A stretch of DNA of 64,000 nucleotides from Podarcis erhardii. Its lineage: Eukaryota. Of this stretch, positions 1 to 12,108 are shown piece after piece. How positions within the stretch are numbered: position 1 is the first letter of the stretch; each line of letters begins with the position of its first letter. The stretch is from the NCBI GenBank assembly GCA_964252035.1, contig OZ176200.1; one strand, given 5' to 3'. Under the pieces are notes generated by a model. The model did no database searches. It was not told where the DNA came from and worked only from the letters and a program-made list of their open reading frames with translations. A program made the position numbers and the translations under genes.

Positions 1-380
1 CTGAAAGAAGTTTTTCTCAGCTCCACTGTAGCTTTTGAGAGTTTACTAGACGTTATCCACATAGTCATTATCCTTGAGCAGTTGCCAAGGCCTCAGCACC
101 AACCCCGGGCTCCTTCCCATTGTGCCACCACTTGCTTGCCAGGCCATCTGCCTCTCAGGTGGGGAAGCAGCAACAGCAGCAAGGAACCACAAAATCCCTG
201 GCTCCCTCCCCTCCCCTCTAGCTGGAGGTAAGGATTGTTCCTTATCACTGCCTGCCTACCAGCTGTTGCAGTGACACAACAAAGGAAAGGGGTGGTTCCA
301 CAGAAAGGGCATCTTGCCAAGCCCCGCCTCCCAAACCTGGAGCTGGCCTTGTTCAAGCGTCTCTGAGGAGACATTCACTG

Positions 381-409
381 CAGCAGCAGCAGCAGCAGCA
401 GCAGCAGCA
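381..409. repeat. (CAG)~10 microsatellite in FNTB intron 11
   Basis: Uninterrupted cagcagcag run read directly from the sequence. Confidence 0.95.
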
Positions 410-1957
410 CTGGGGCAATCTCACAAGAAAATGCTTCTCTTCGAAATGTTCCCAGTGCAAGAGGGACATTTCCCCATGAGAGGAATAAGGAATGCACAAT
501 GAGAAGCAAAGTTCACAGTTCAAGGCTGTAATCATACTTGACGCATACCACACAGCAGGAGAATCTGGCTTGGGATGGAGGGTCATGGAAGAGAACGGGA
601 AGGCTATGCCTGTTGAAAGCTCACAGACCAAAGGAAATCATATCTGGAGCTCACACTGCCTATGCAGAAAGACAAGAGCCTCAGCAAGCACCCCTCTTTC
701 ATTATACTTCCTATTCTGCCTTATCCGCATTGCTCTTTATCACAAGCCTCACTCCTTCCTCCTAACCTGTCAAGCCCTGTTATCTCAAATGCTGTGAAAT
801 TAAGCATCCATAGCCACCATGCGACTTGCAACAACAACAAACTATTTGGTGTGGCAAGTGCGCTACTCACATCCACCACCCCCCCCCCACACAAAAAAAA
901 ACATCATTTCTGGTCTTGCCTGATTATTTTTTATTATTATTTATTGAATTTATATACTGCCCTATATCTGGAGGTCTCAGGGTGGTTCACAGTCTAACCA
1001 CTGTGTGGTATCCTTTTCTGCCTTTGGCTATGTCACAGAGGGGGAAGGTTCATGCCAAATTTCTGGCACACTTTCCTGCTGAGAAGAGTTAAAATATAAA
1101 GGAAACCCAAAACTGCCACACACCAAATTTGAGATGTTTCTACCCTAATCTTTAAGAGGCAGGCCTATGAAGATGCAGAGGCAACAGGATACTGAGGCCT
1201 GTTGGCTGTGGAATGTCACCACCTGCCTTCCTCAGTAGCAAGGGCGGCCCTCTCTGAAGACCTTTTTAACATGGCTGTGAAAAGGGAAGGGAGGGGATTC
1301 AGAGTTCCTGCCTTATCTCACTAGCCGGAGTGTCTGAAAGCAGCCTTTAGGCCAAGGCATGGCGCCAATGAAGGCTGCCATTACCAGTGCACAGTGAGAT
1401 GGCAAAAAAGTGAATGAAATCAATTCACCGCTGTAACACACATACTGAATTTTCACTAGTGTCTCCAGGATTATGAGTTGCAGACAGGATTTACTTGCAG
1501 CTGAATGGCATCCTCAAAAGCACTAGCTTACTTTCCACCTATTCAAAAGTATGTGATTGGAAATTCTGTTATGAACTAACTTGTTCTGCACCACTTGGAC
1601 TAAGATGCAGATCAGAACATAGTTATCCTTTGGATTCTGCAGTTCTCCCAGTTTTGTTATGCACGTCTCTGCTTAAATAGCAATATAAAAGCATTTGTGT
1701 TTTAGGAGAAAATTGTTCAATTTTTGAGAGAAAATAACAAATTTTGTGGCAATTTCCATATTTAAATATGTAAATAAATGCAATTTTCATTAATTTAATT
1801 TAAAAAAAATTGATGAAATATGTGAAATGTGATAGAACAGATTTAGGAATGGATCGGAGCGGCATCTTCCTGATCTGTGTCACTTTCACTTGGGTTCATT
1901 CCTAAGACACACACAAAACACATGCACAAACTCATCCACATCCCTGGCATAGCTTAC

Positions 1958-2072
1958 CAGACGGTTCTCTGGCACTCCTAGCACTACTTCATGGAGAAGG
2001 TCCCCACTGCCAAAATGCTGTGCTATCGACAGCCCACTGAGGCAATAGCAGGTATGGTAAAAATCCCGGAAC
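1958..2072 (-). CDS. FNTB: Farnesyltransferase beta, exon 11 (115 bp)
   Basis: Acceptor ccAG, donor GTaagc. Translates (K)FRDFYHTCYCLSGLSIAQHFGSGDLLHEVVLGVPENRL, including the Zn-ligand His of FYHT. Confidence 0.97.
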
Positions 2073-2256
2073 CTGGCGGTAGAAACATACATAAGGTTGA
2101 GGTGAGTGAGAAACTGGAAGCCCAACTGTTCCACTCAGCCACCCTCAGGGGCAAAATCTCCATTTGTTTCAGTGCAGGGTACGCAAAGCCCCAAGTTGGG
2201 TGCCAGATTAGTTTCCCGTAATCATCTTCTTTGTGATATTCTTTCACCTTATAGTA

Positions 2257-3114
2257 CAGTTGTACCTTGGTTCCCAAACGGCTTGGCTCCCGAACAAATT
2301 GGCTTCCAAACGCCGCAAACCTGGAAGTACTGTATTTTTCACTCTGTAGGACGCACCGGACCATAGGACGCACCTTGTTTTAGAGGGGGAGAACAAGAAA
2401 AAAAAAATCTCCCCCTCTCCGCCCAGCACTCCTTCAGTGAAGCAGCAGGAGGCATTGCGCAGAGCGGGGGAGAATTTCCCCCCTCTTGTTCTCCCCCTCT
2501 AAAACAAGGTGCGTCCTATGGTCCAGTGCGTCCTACAGAGCGAAAAATACGTTTTTTCCCCCCTTCTTCACCCCCAGCTGGGAGAGGTGGCGCACAGCTA
2601 TGGCAGCAGCCTCTTTAGCCGCACGCCACCTCTCCGGCAGGGAGAGGCTGCTCACGGCTATGGCAATACTCCCACCTCCCGCAAAAGCCCACAGGAGCCG
2701 CACACCCTTTAGGGAGTGCGCGGCTCCTGTGGGCTTTTCTACGAGGAGGGAGAAGGGACTGACTGGCTGCGTCAGTCCCTTCTCCCTCCTGAGGAAAAGC
2801 CCGCAAGAGCCGCACGGAGCTTGTGTGCAGCTTTTGGGGGCTTTTCCTACCTACCTTCCCCCTGCATTTGCCCCATAGGACGCACACACATTTCCCCTTC
2901 ATTTTTGGAGGGGGGAAAGTGCATCCTATAGTGCGAAAAATACAGTAAGTGTTCTGGCTTGCAAACTTTTTTTGGAAGCCGAATGTCCATTTCAGCTGTT
3001 GACATTGTTTCCAGGGCCAATCAGCCAATCAGAAGCTGCGTCTTGGTTTGCGAATGTTTTGGAAGTTGAACCGACTTCCAAAATGGATTGAGTTTAGGAA
3101 CCAAGGTACCACTG
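2257..3114. mobile_element. Tc1/mariner-type MITE (~240 bp) interrupted by a nested insertion
   Basis: 18-bp TIRs cagt(t/g)gtaccttggttcc, TA on both sides. Removing the nested element and one TA leaves 73+167=240 bp. Confidence 0.85.
2330..2945. mobile_element. Second Tc1/mariner-type MITE nested at a TA, with internal foldbacks
   Basis: 27-bp TIRs ctgtatttttc(a/g)c(t/a)ct(g/a)tagga(c/t)gcac, TA duplication at 2328-29 and 2946-47. Ends are homologous to the copy at 4196-4454. Confidence 0.85.
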
Positions 3115-3222
3115 TACTTATGTTTAAAAAACCGCTTGTAAATTTAATCCCAGTCATGGGTATTCCTGCTGTATGCTGAGTCACAAGTAAAGATTTTCTC
3201 AGTTAGGGTGACCAACACTCAC

Positions 3223-3334
3223 TTGCCCGGCTTGTCCAAGAGGCCCCCGGCAGGGCACTGGCAGCATAGTAGGATGTACTCTTGAAGCGCTTCCTGGTCA
3301 AACATCCAGTGTGTCATACTGAGGGCAGAGTCAC
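3223..3334 (-). CDS. FNTB: Farnesyltransferase beta, exon 10 (112 bp)
   Basis: ttttAG / GTgagt. Translates (G)DSALSMTHWMFDQEALQEYILLCCQCPAGGLLDKPG(K). Confidence 0.97.
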
Positions 3335-4195
3335 CTAAAAGGAACAAAAACCCCAGTAAGAGGCTAACACTTCCACTGGAGAAAGAGCAGGCCAACAGGA
3401 AGACACCAAATGGAAGACTGCACTCCCTCCCTTCTTCCGCTTTGCAAGGGCGGAGCTACGGCCACCCACTTTTGGGCCTTGTCCACACAGAAGCCTTCCA
3501 TTTTCGCTATCGGGCAGTCATTTCCTTGTTCCTTAATCTAATGAGAGAAAGCAAGGACAGCAAGCAGATAACAAGCAGCAGCTTGTGGAGGGGATGCAAG
3601 AAGGAAAGGTGGAAGGGAAGCACGCAAGGAGTATGTGCTGGCAGAGTTCATCTGAGGCAGTTAACCTAATAATAGAAATTCATTGCATCCTGCGAATAGA
3701 ACTCTCCTCTCTTGCGTGTTGAAACTGTCTCCTCCATCGTGCAAAATGGTTCATCTGGCTAGTATTCCAGCTCTGAGGTCCAACAGAAGAAGGTTGCAGA
3801 GTGTGCTTTCATTTTGCTTTTAAAAGCAACATAACCCCTACTCCCTGCTATTGTCACTTTTAAATTGTTGCCAGTTCCTACAGTGATAGCGCAACAGGGA
3901 TATTTAGGTACATGCTGGGCTGGTATGCCAAAGGAACCGGTAACCCTGCACAGATATGCTTATAAACAAACCATCATGCCCCACATCGCTTCAGACTGGT
4001 CCTCTGACACTGGCCACATCCAGAGATTTCGGGAAGTTTTAAAATCACAGAGCATCAAGCTAGCACCGTACGTTCAATAAGTGAGGAAAGTGTTGGAGAT
4101 TTCCTTGTACATATGGATGCCATGAATATACTGCTTAGTAACTAACCACAACCCAATTTTTCCTTAGATGAGTAGGTCCTTTTAAAATTAAATTA

Positions 4196-4454
4196 CTGTA
4201 TTTTTCACTCTATAAGATGCACCAGACCACAAGACGCACCTAGTTTTTGGAGGAGGAAAACAAGAAAAAAAATATTCTGAATCTCAGAAGCCAGAACAGC
4301 AAGAAGGATTGCTGTGCAGTGAAAGCAGCAATCCCTCTTGCTGTTCTGACTTCTGGGATAGCTGTACAGTCTGCATTCGCTCCATAAGACGCACACACAT
4401 TTCCCCTTACTTTTTAGGAGGGAAAAAGTGAGTCTTATAGAGCAAAAAATATGG
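4196..4454. mobile_element. Tc1/mariner-type MITE (259 bp), same family as 2330-2945
   Basis: TA-ctgtatttttcactctataag...cttatagagcaaaaaatatgg-TA. The 3' segment acgcacacacatttcccctt is shared with the nested copy. Confidence 0.8.
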
Positions 4455-5190
4455 TATACCCTGATACATCTGTAAGCAGAGAGTTCTGTGGAGCAATTGT
4501 GCATTTTAATATATATATATTTAAATTTCACCTATTACATTGCCCTCTTGCATCTAGTGGAGAGAGAGGCAAGAAAGGAGGGCATCCACCCCTTTTGCTC
4601 ATAAATCACCCTCCCAGGAACCCCCCTCCCCCCAAAACCCCACCCCAGTTTAGGGTGACGGTTGTGCATTAAAGTGCAGTTATTGCTTGGGTCCCTTTTT
4701 CCTCTTAGAGTGCAACTGTCACATCAGCTGCCCATCAGCTTCGCAAAATCTCTGCAAGGACAGTAGTTAAGTGAAGGGGAGTTGGAAAGTTTGGCTGTGA
4801 AGGTGCGGGGAGGTAAACATGGAAAAAGCAGGTGAATGAGGGACATTTGGGGGGGGGGGAGTGGAGGGCAAGTACTGAGGAAGAATGGCACTGGCACTCT
4901 TTGATACAATGACATTTTTCATGGGTCCCCCAACAGCTTTGTTATTTTCAATCCTATGACATGTTGATGCCGGTTCTACTGTAACAATGAAAGGGAGGTT
5001 GTTGGTTTTTTTAGTTTCCACAAGGACAGAGAATACAAATGCTGCAGAGAAGCACATATTGTGTCTTTTGCTCACGCTAGGCTCCTCAAACGAAACACTC
5101 CACATCTAACAGTTTGGGGGTGAGAGGAAGCAAGTGAAAGGGGCAGCATACCTGGGGAATTGTGGACAAGCCTGCAGTGCTCAGACTCAC

Positions 5191-5323
5191 CTTTGGCATG
5201 CAGGGCTCGATGTAAGAGAGGCAGCAAGCCAGCCTGCCAGAATGAGTAGCAGCCATCTACCAGCTTGTTACAACGGCCCTGAAACCCTCCTTCAAAACGC
5301 ATCTGGCGGCTTGTAACCCAGTG
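5191..5323 (-). CDS. FNTB: Farnesyltransferase beta, exon 9 (133 bp)
   Basis: ctAG / GTgagt. Translates HWVTSRQMRFEGGFQGRCNKLVDGCYSFWQAGLLPLLHRALHAK(G), with the Zn ligands D and C of VDGCY. Confidence 0.98.
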
Positions 5324-6299
5324 CTAGCAGGGAGAGAAAGCAAACATCACTATTGCTCAGTGCAGCCACAGGACCTGCTCCACCCAGCGGATATATCAAT
5401 GGAGACAACTGCAGACCCCTAGCACAGTCTGGGGAGTCGGAGGGCACACACCCGTCCCCCCGTCCCCTTCATGTGTTTCCTGCAGCAAAACCTAACATGC
5501 CCAGGTTGCCACGGAAAATATGAAGAGGTTTTTGATAATTAAACTAAACGAGGAAACAAGCAACCAAGCAAACCAATAAAACTGGAAATGAGAAATTACG
5601 GCACGTTGGTGAACATTAAGAGATCATGTTTCTATCTTATGAATGGCCCTGAGATCCTGCCATTTCAGGTTTGAATCAAATTATTTCTTTATTTCCCGGT
5701 GCTGCACGTATGCACGGTTACATGCCAGCTAATCACGCATCAGTGGGGGATGCCCGTATTTGAAGACAGTTACAGACAAAATGGGGTTTCACGATATTAT
5801 GAAATAATGTTAGAAATGGTACATGTTTCCTTTTAATCAATTAATGCAGAGCTCAAGGGAATGATTATGAATATGTGCTGTGAATGTACAGACAGACACT
5901 TTTAGGGAGAGCATAAGAATGGAAGGGGCAGGGCAAAAGGAGAATCCCAATCCCAGATACTGAAATCCAGTGGGATCCTATGTTTTGGCATTGTGATGGC
6001 TATGACAGTGCCTTCTGCACTGATAAGGCTCCATCTAGAGTGCCTCTTCCACAAAGGAAAAGGGTTCCTTCATTTGAAGAAGAAGAGGCAAGGGATTTTC
6101 ACTGGTTACTCTGTGCCGCCTGCAGTTCTGCTCTGAAGGGTCCCCTGACGCTCTGGAGCAGCTTTATGGGGAATGCTAAAATTCACTTCTCCACCCATGA
6201 ACAGTGGTCTGCTCATGGGAGCTCTGGATCTGAGCCATAGTGAATGTTGAAACAGCAGCACAGAGAGAATTAGAACCAGGCTGGCAAATGGTTACTTAC

Positions 6300-6429
6300 C
6301 AATAAGCTTTTCAGATTCAAGACGTGCTCACTTTTCAGAATGACCAGTGCTGCCAGTCCACAGAAAGTGTACCCTCCGTGAGCCTCCATGCCAGGGACGC
6401 CACCGATCCCACCCTCCCAGTTCTGGCAT
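6300..6429 (-). CDS. FNTB: Farnesyltransferase beta, exon 8 (130 bp)
   Basis: ttAG / GTaagt. Translates (R)CQNWEGGIGGVPGMEAHGGYTFCGLAALVILKSEHVLNLKSLL, a prenyltransferase repeat. Confidence 0.97.
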
Positions 6430-6617
6430 CTAATTCAAAAGCAAAGCACAAAAACAGGGGGGGAAACCACAGGATATGTTTTCTTGTCCACAATACAACA
6501 ATTATCTTCATGCTCGTTCTCTAGACTCCTGCTGCTGGGCAGGTAACTACACTCAAACTTGGCAACCAAAGAAGCACTGGGTGTCCAAGGCCAAACAAGA
6601 GCTAAGTGTTTTCCTAC

Positions 6618-6704
6618 CTTGCTATCCAGTCCGCTGTCCCTTCAAAGAGAGTTGGTGTGATGATGTTGGTAAGCGAGGCCACCGATGCAGCACAATACGC
6701 ACTC
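6618..6704 (-). CDS. FNTB: Farnesyltransferase beta, exon 7 (87 bp)
   Basis: tcAG / GTagga. Translates (R)SAYCAASVASLTNIITPTLFEGTADWIA(R). Confidence 0.97.
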
Positions 6705-7708
6705 CTGAGATTTAAATAAGAGACTATTTAACTTCTACACATGGATGAAGAATGATGCAAGCCGAGCTACTGCTGTCAGGGAGACACCATATTAAACTGC
6801 ACAATCCACCACCCAGCCATGACCGTAGAAATGTCACAAAGAGAGTACTTGGAAGTTAAGTCATTCTATACTCAAGACTTGGTTTTAATATCTGAGCAAC
6901 CCTGAGAAGGCATTTGCTCAATGTACTCAATCAGCTTGTTGGCAAGGGTGGGAGGAGAGGGAGGGAGAGAAAGAAAGAAAGAGGGAGAGAGAGACCATGT
7001 TTTGTTTGTTTTAAAATAAAATTACTCTGGATGAGGCTATTAGAATGGAAGGTACACCAGGAGCTAAATTCAGAAGAGTTTACCCCAGTGCATCCATTTC
7101 TTTCCTTCCTTGATGCACCAAGGGACTGGTATCCTAGATTTATATTAGTAGCCACGGAAAGATACTGAGCGGATTTCAATATTGTTAATTAAGACAGAAA
7201 AAGCCTTGCTCACAACATTATTCATTGAAATCCCAGGGGAAGAAAAATAAAGGTTACATTCTTCCCTGAAAGAAGAGCCAGAGCTTCATTTAAAATGGTT
7301 TGTCACAGCAAGCCACTGTACAAGTTGAAAAAGATTTTCTTCTTCAGCTTTAGAATCTGCTGCACCAAAACAAACTGGCCATGTCTGCCATTCTTTCCAC
7401 ATGCAAGCACTTCTCTTGAACTGCAGCCAAGGACTGCCTTTTCCTGCCCCCTAGAGGGACAAGCCAGGAATATTTAACATCACTTACAGCTGAAAGAAGC
7501 AAATAATGGCTCCCATAATCTTCCTAACATTAGAAGCCAGACCTTATTCCACCACTGAAGTTTAGCTACACTATTACAAAACAGGATTAATGCTTGTTGT
7601 GCTAAGACAAAACTCTCTACGAACACCATTGCTACAAAAATTTCATCAGAACCCAAAGCTGCTGCTGAGCATCACATGAAAGAAATACTTGAAACATTTC
7701 CAACACAC

Positions 7709-7792
7709 CTGACATCCACCTCTCCCCCTATGTGCATGATGAAGGAGCCATCAGGCTGCTTCAGGGAATACAAATAGTCCAGAAGCTTCTCT
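7709..7792 (-). CDS. FNTB: Farnesyltransferase beta, exon 6 (84 bp)
   Basis: tttcAG / GTgtgt. Translates (R)EKLLDYLYSLKQPDGSFIMHIGGEVDV(R). Confidence 0.97.
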
Positions 7793-8745
7793 CTGAAAAA
7801 ACAATAGAGAACATTTATCCCTATTAAGAGGGGGAAAACAACTGAGATGCTGGAAGAGCCAACCCACATGAATGAAAATGCGCTTCAGGATCATCTAGGC
7901 CAGGGGTTTTCAGTTTTTCGCTGGCTAAGGAACCCCTCCAACATGTCATGATATCCTATGGCAACCCAGCCCCCTCTCCCTACCAATAAGAGCCCCCCGC
8001 CAACTTTCCCTCCGAAAAAGCAGGTTCCACAACTTCTTCTGACTTTGTCCCCACCACCGTGTTTTCATGTTAAGGTAAAACCTGGTATTCCATTGCCCTG
8101 CTGTACAAGCCTAAATAAAAGAAATACATCATCTCACACAACCTCCATGTTTGGACCCACAGCTCCCAGAGAAAGACTGATTTTGACCATTTCATCACTG
8201 GTGTCACATGATGCACTATGGGACTAGATCAGGCTGCGTGTGACTTGTGGTCACTCCCACTCTTTGAGTGGGGACGCCTGGCTGGTGCAGGATGGGAAAG
8301 TGATGTGCCTGAGGTGTACGTTGGAATGCCTAGCGATGAAAGTGGACTCCAAAGGTTCCGCAGAACCCTGGTTAAAAACATGAACCTGGACTAACCACCT
8401 AGATTTATTTTTTCTAAATCTGGAGCTAACCCTTCTCTAGCCCTGGAGTGCAAGAAAGGCCTGAGCGCCAGGAAGAGCTTTGCTCTCCTTGATTCAAAGC
8501 AAAGGAAGCTACCAACAAGTGGACGGGAGGCAGTGTGGTGGATGTAGACACCAAGCAGCACATTGTGGCAAAGGCTGTGTTGGGAAAGGGCCACCAGCCC
8601 AGCTTACCAGCTAACCTTTCTTCTTCAGCAAGTAGGAAGCCTGAAGAGGGGGACTGTACTGGCAGACATTGGTCAAGAATGCTTCAGGCTTCACCTAATA
8701 TCTAGGATCTGAGCAGAGGGGAGGGGGTCCCTGCTACGATTTTAC

Positions 8746-8892
8746 CTGTTGATAACACTGTATGCCTCTTCAGTCCCAATAATGCAGAGAGCATTGACGG
8801 CTGCGTACGTTGGAGCAAGATGTGGGTACTGGTTTGGTCCCCCTCCAAAGCCTCCGCTGGGGCTCTGACAGCGGCTCAGGAACTGGCACACA
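8746..8892 (-). CDS. FNTB: Farnesyltransferase beta, exon 5 (147 bp)
   Basis: ctAG / GTaaaa. Translates (D)VCQFLSRCQSPSGGFGGGPNQYPHLAPTYAAVNALCIIGTEEAYSVIN(R). Confidence 0.97.
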
Positions 8893-9700
8893 CTAGGCAC
8901 AGAGGAAAGACCAAGGGCAAACTTTGTTTTTATAAGCAAGAAGCATTTAAACACAAAACAAGCAGCACAGGGCCTTCCTGGGCTAAGAAATAAGGACCGC
9001 AGCTCTTATACTAGCAGCAGTGTTTGACAATGTGCCAGTGGCACTACAGTCCATTGCCACATTGCGCAGAAGGAAGGGGGAAATTGAAGTGAATGTACAA
9101 CTCGGACACTAAATGAATTGGGTTGGATCTGGAGAAGCTGGACTCCAGTCAAATAATGAGGCTCTCATGCTTCCCTTGGCAGCCGTGTCCACATACATCT
9201 CCCAACACACCAGAAGTTGCTCCCAATAATCACAAGTGGGATGAGGTACAGGAGAACTGCAGCGGGAGAGGAAAATATCAGCAGAAAGCGAGGAAGGCCT
9301 TGCACTCGAACGAAGGACCCCCTGGACTCTATGGAAGGTTCTCTCTCACCAGAGCCATCTAACTGAATCTCAACAGCAGAACAAGCATTCTCCTCCACTT
9401 TTGCCATTCTATTCCATTGTTTGTTATTGTTTTAATCCTAATATACACAAAGGTCTGTTACAGGCGCCCTTTCCCAGGCTCTCCCCCCAATCTATTTTGG
9501 GACAGAAGCTGCCAACATGGAAGGCCTTTGCGATCAAAGAGGGTTTGTCTCTCCCCACCCTTAAAATATTGATTTGGGGCATCGTTTAATGACCTACTGT
9601 AATTTACATTTTACTTATTAAGAAACAAATAACACTGAGAACAACACCCCCCACAATAAGTATTTTAATTTAAGAACAACGTACACACAATATATGTGTA

Positions 9701-9942
9701 CAGTGGTACCTCGGGTTAAGTAATTAATTCGTTCCGGAGGTCCGTACTTAACCTGAAACTGTTCTTATCCTGAAGCACCACTTTAGCTAATGGGGCCTCC
9801 TGCTGCTGCCGCGCCGCCGGAGCACGATTTCTGTTCTCATCCTGAAGCAAAGTTCTTAACCTGAAGCACTATTTCTGGGTTAGTGGAGTCTGTAACCTGA
9901 AGCGTATGTAACCTGAAGTGTATGTAACCCGAGGTACCACTG
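9701..9942. mobile_element. Tc1/mariner-type MITE family A, copy 1 (242 bp)
   Basis: Perfect 18-bp TIRs cagtggtacctcgggtta, TA flanks, repeated subterminal aacctgaag motifs. Confidence 0.9.
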
Positions 9943-11067
9943 TATATGGAAATTTTTGCAATGCAACTGCAGTAGTCACACATTGAAATGCAACACATCC
10001 AGCCCCAGACCAAGGAGGGCAGGCCACAGAAAGTGCAAATCTACTCATCTACAACAAATCTTGTTGTAGGTGGCAACAATACTGCAAAGCAACATTCAGA
10101 GTGCCTTCTGGACATGCTGATTAAAGGAACAAAACTCCTTTCCCTAATGGTTATATTTCGCAGCAACAGTAGCTCCCAGATATGGATCTGAACTTTTGAA
10201 ATACCAATCAGGATAATTTAATGTATAACCAAGTTATGCAGAACACATTGTATGTTTCTAAAGTAACAAAGTGACTTGAAATCTGTAAAGGGTGTTAAAA
10301 AGTATTACAAATTACCACAAAAACAAGGTTCGTTTCAACATTTCCCAAAATTTTGCAACTCAAATTCTGCTCAACCCAATTCCTCCTGAGTGAAAGCGAC
10401 CCAAGCTTACTAATTTTCCCTCTTTCTCCTTACAAATTGCAAAACTTCTCTTCTTTGAAAAACAATTTGCAACCAATACTTCTTTCAAATGCAATAACCT
10501 TCTCTCTCCTAACTACCACCACCCTTTCTACACACATAGATTTTCAAACCCTACAGGGAATGGGTTTCTTTCTCCTAGTGGCTGAAGCTGATCTCTTACC
10601 GCCACCATCTTTGCTGATCACAAGATGCACCAAATGCTTCTACTCGAGGAAAAGCTATTGAGAGGTCATTGTTGGAGCAAAGACAATGCACTGTTGTATT
10701 TCAAAAAAATGCTCTTATGCATCATGCAGGGACATTGGGAGGTTAGCCCAGAGAGGCACACACTGTGCAAAGATAAGGAAAACTTCTGGAAGTTAATTTC
10801 TCCTATAATGTTTAAGTCAGAAAGTTGAGCAGAAGGTTTTTCAGGTTATACTTAGTCCTTATTTCTCTAAATTTTGAGTTCTGAATTTACCTCCAAGTGT
10901 CTAGATAGGAAACGTTGCTAAATAGCTTGCTAACAAAAGAGAAACTCTGAAAACACGTAATTCAATTCAAAGCTCTGCCCAAAGATCATCTTTTGTTTCT
11001 GAGACATCAACAGAAGCCGCCTGCATAATTTTTGAGCTTCTCAACAACGACTCCCAGCAGTTATGTA

Positions 11068-11309
11068 CAGTGGTACCTCGGGTTAAGTACTTAATTCGTT
11101 CTGGAGGTCTGTTCTTAACCTGAAACCGTTCTTAACCTGAAGCACCACTTTAGCTAATGGGGCCTCCTGCTGCTGCCGCGCCGCCGGAGCACGATTTCTG
11201 TTCTCATCCTGAAGCAAAGTTCTTAACCTGAGGTAATATTTCTGGGTTGGCAGAGTCTGTAACCTGAAGCATATGTAACCTGAAGCGTATGTAACCCGAG
11301 GTACCACTG
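11068..11309. mobile_element. MITE family A, copy 2 (242 bp)
   Basis: Same TIRs and TA flanks; about 94% identical to copy 1 by eye. Confidence 0.9.
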
Positions 11310-11380
11310 TAATGACAATGCTCGGAATAAATGGCAAAGTGTTTTGCAGGAACGGAAGTGAAATATAAAACAAATCTTAC

Positions 11381-11472
11381 TCTGAAGTTACAGATTCCGG
11401 GATGGGTTCCTCAAGCAGTTCAAGGCTGTGCAAGATCCAGTAGCACAACCATGGGCGGCTGGCATCTAGACA
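11381..11472 (-). CDS. FNTB: Farnesyltransferase beta, exon 4 (92 bp)
   Basis: caAG / GTaaga. Translates CLDASRPWLCYWILHSLELLEEPIPESVTS(D), with the substrate-pocket Trp residues of PWLCYW. Confidence 0.97.
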
Positions 11473-12035
11473 CTTGGAAGAGAAAACGACAGCTGTTAAA
11501 ATCCATGACTGACACAGCTGTATTTGTTACACTCCAACAAAAGGAGGGCAAAGAAGGCGAATCAGAACTGGAAAGTAAGAGGTTTAGAAGGATAAAGGAC
11601 ACCAATTTATGAAGGGAATTTACATACCTCTTTAAGAATAGCTTCATTATTCACACAATTCCAAGCTAACATGAGAACCTCTTTTCATTTATCACCAAAT
11701 GGACAGAGCAAAAGACACGGGTAACAAATATTTAGCTTTCAACCCCAGAGGAGCCAGCACTACAAGTGAAGTGGCTCCTAGAAAATGGATTTAGCAAGGT
11801 AAACGGGAACGCAGCCAGTGTTTCTAGGGCCTACAAAAGTGCCCCTCAGTGAGACAGGAAAAGGAAGTCCCTTGATACCTCAGATTCCAGAGAAAAGTTA
11901 AAGAAACCTCAGCTGTAGAAAAAGCAAGGAGGATAATGAGCCATAATCATGTTAACCCACCATCAAATATTTTTCCACTAACAGCATATAAGCAGGAAGG
12001 AAACAGTACAAACTTGTTCAGCCAGAAGGGATTAC

Positions 12036-12108
12036 CTCATAGGCATCTGTCAGTTGTCTCAGCCCTCTCTTCAGGTAGTGGAAGTGTTTCTCTCGCTGCA
12101 AAACAAAC
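12036..12108 (-). CDS. FNTB: Farnesyltransferase beta, exon 3 (73 bp)
   Basis: ttcAG / GTaatc. Translates (Q)FVLQREKHFHYLKRGLRQLTDAYE. Confidence 0.97.

Noticed and set aside
314-631. Poly-Ala and poly-Cys ORFs here, and poly-Asn/poly-Leu ORFs at 20632-21037
   Set aside because: They are translations of the (CAG)n and (AAT)n microsatellites.
1-1957. FNTB last exon (QPTHPVYNI...)
   Set aside because: No matching translation or acceptor was found; it is presumably left of the window.
9165-9407. 80-aa minus-strand ORF starting MAKVEE, resembling the start of mammalian FNTB exon 2, with a hydrophobic stretch
   Set aside because: The true exon 2 is at 13149-13213 with proper splice sites and phase. 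This ORF has no polypyrimidine acceptor and no further similarity, so it is probably chance.
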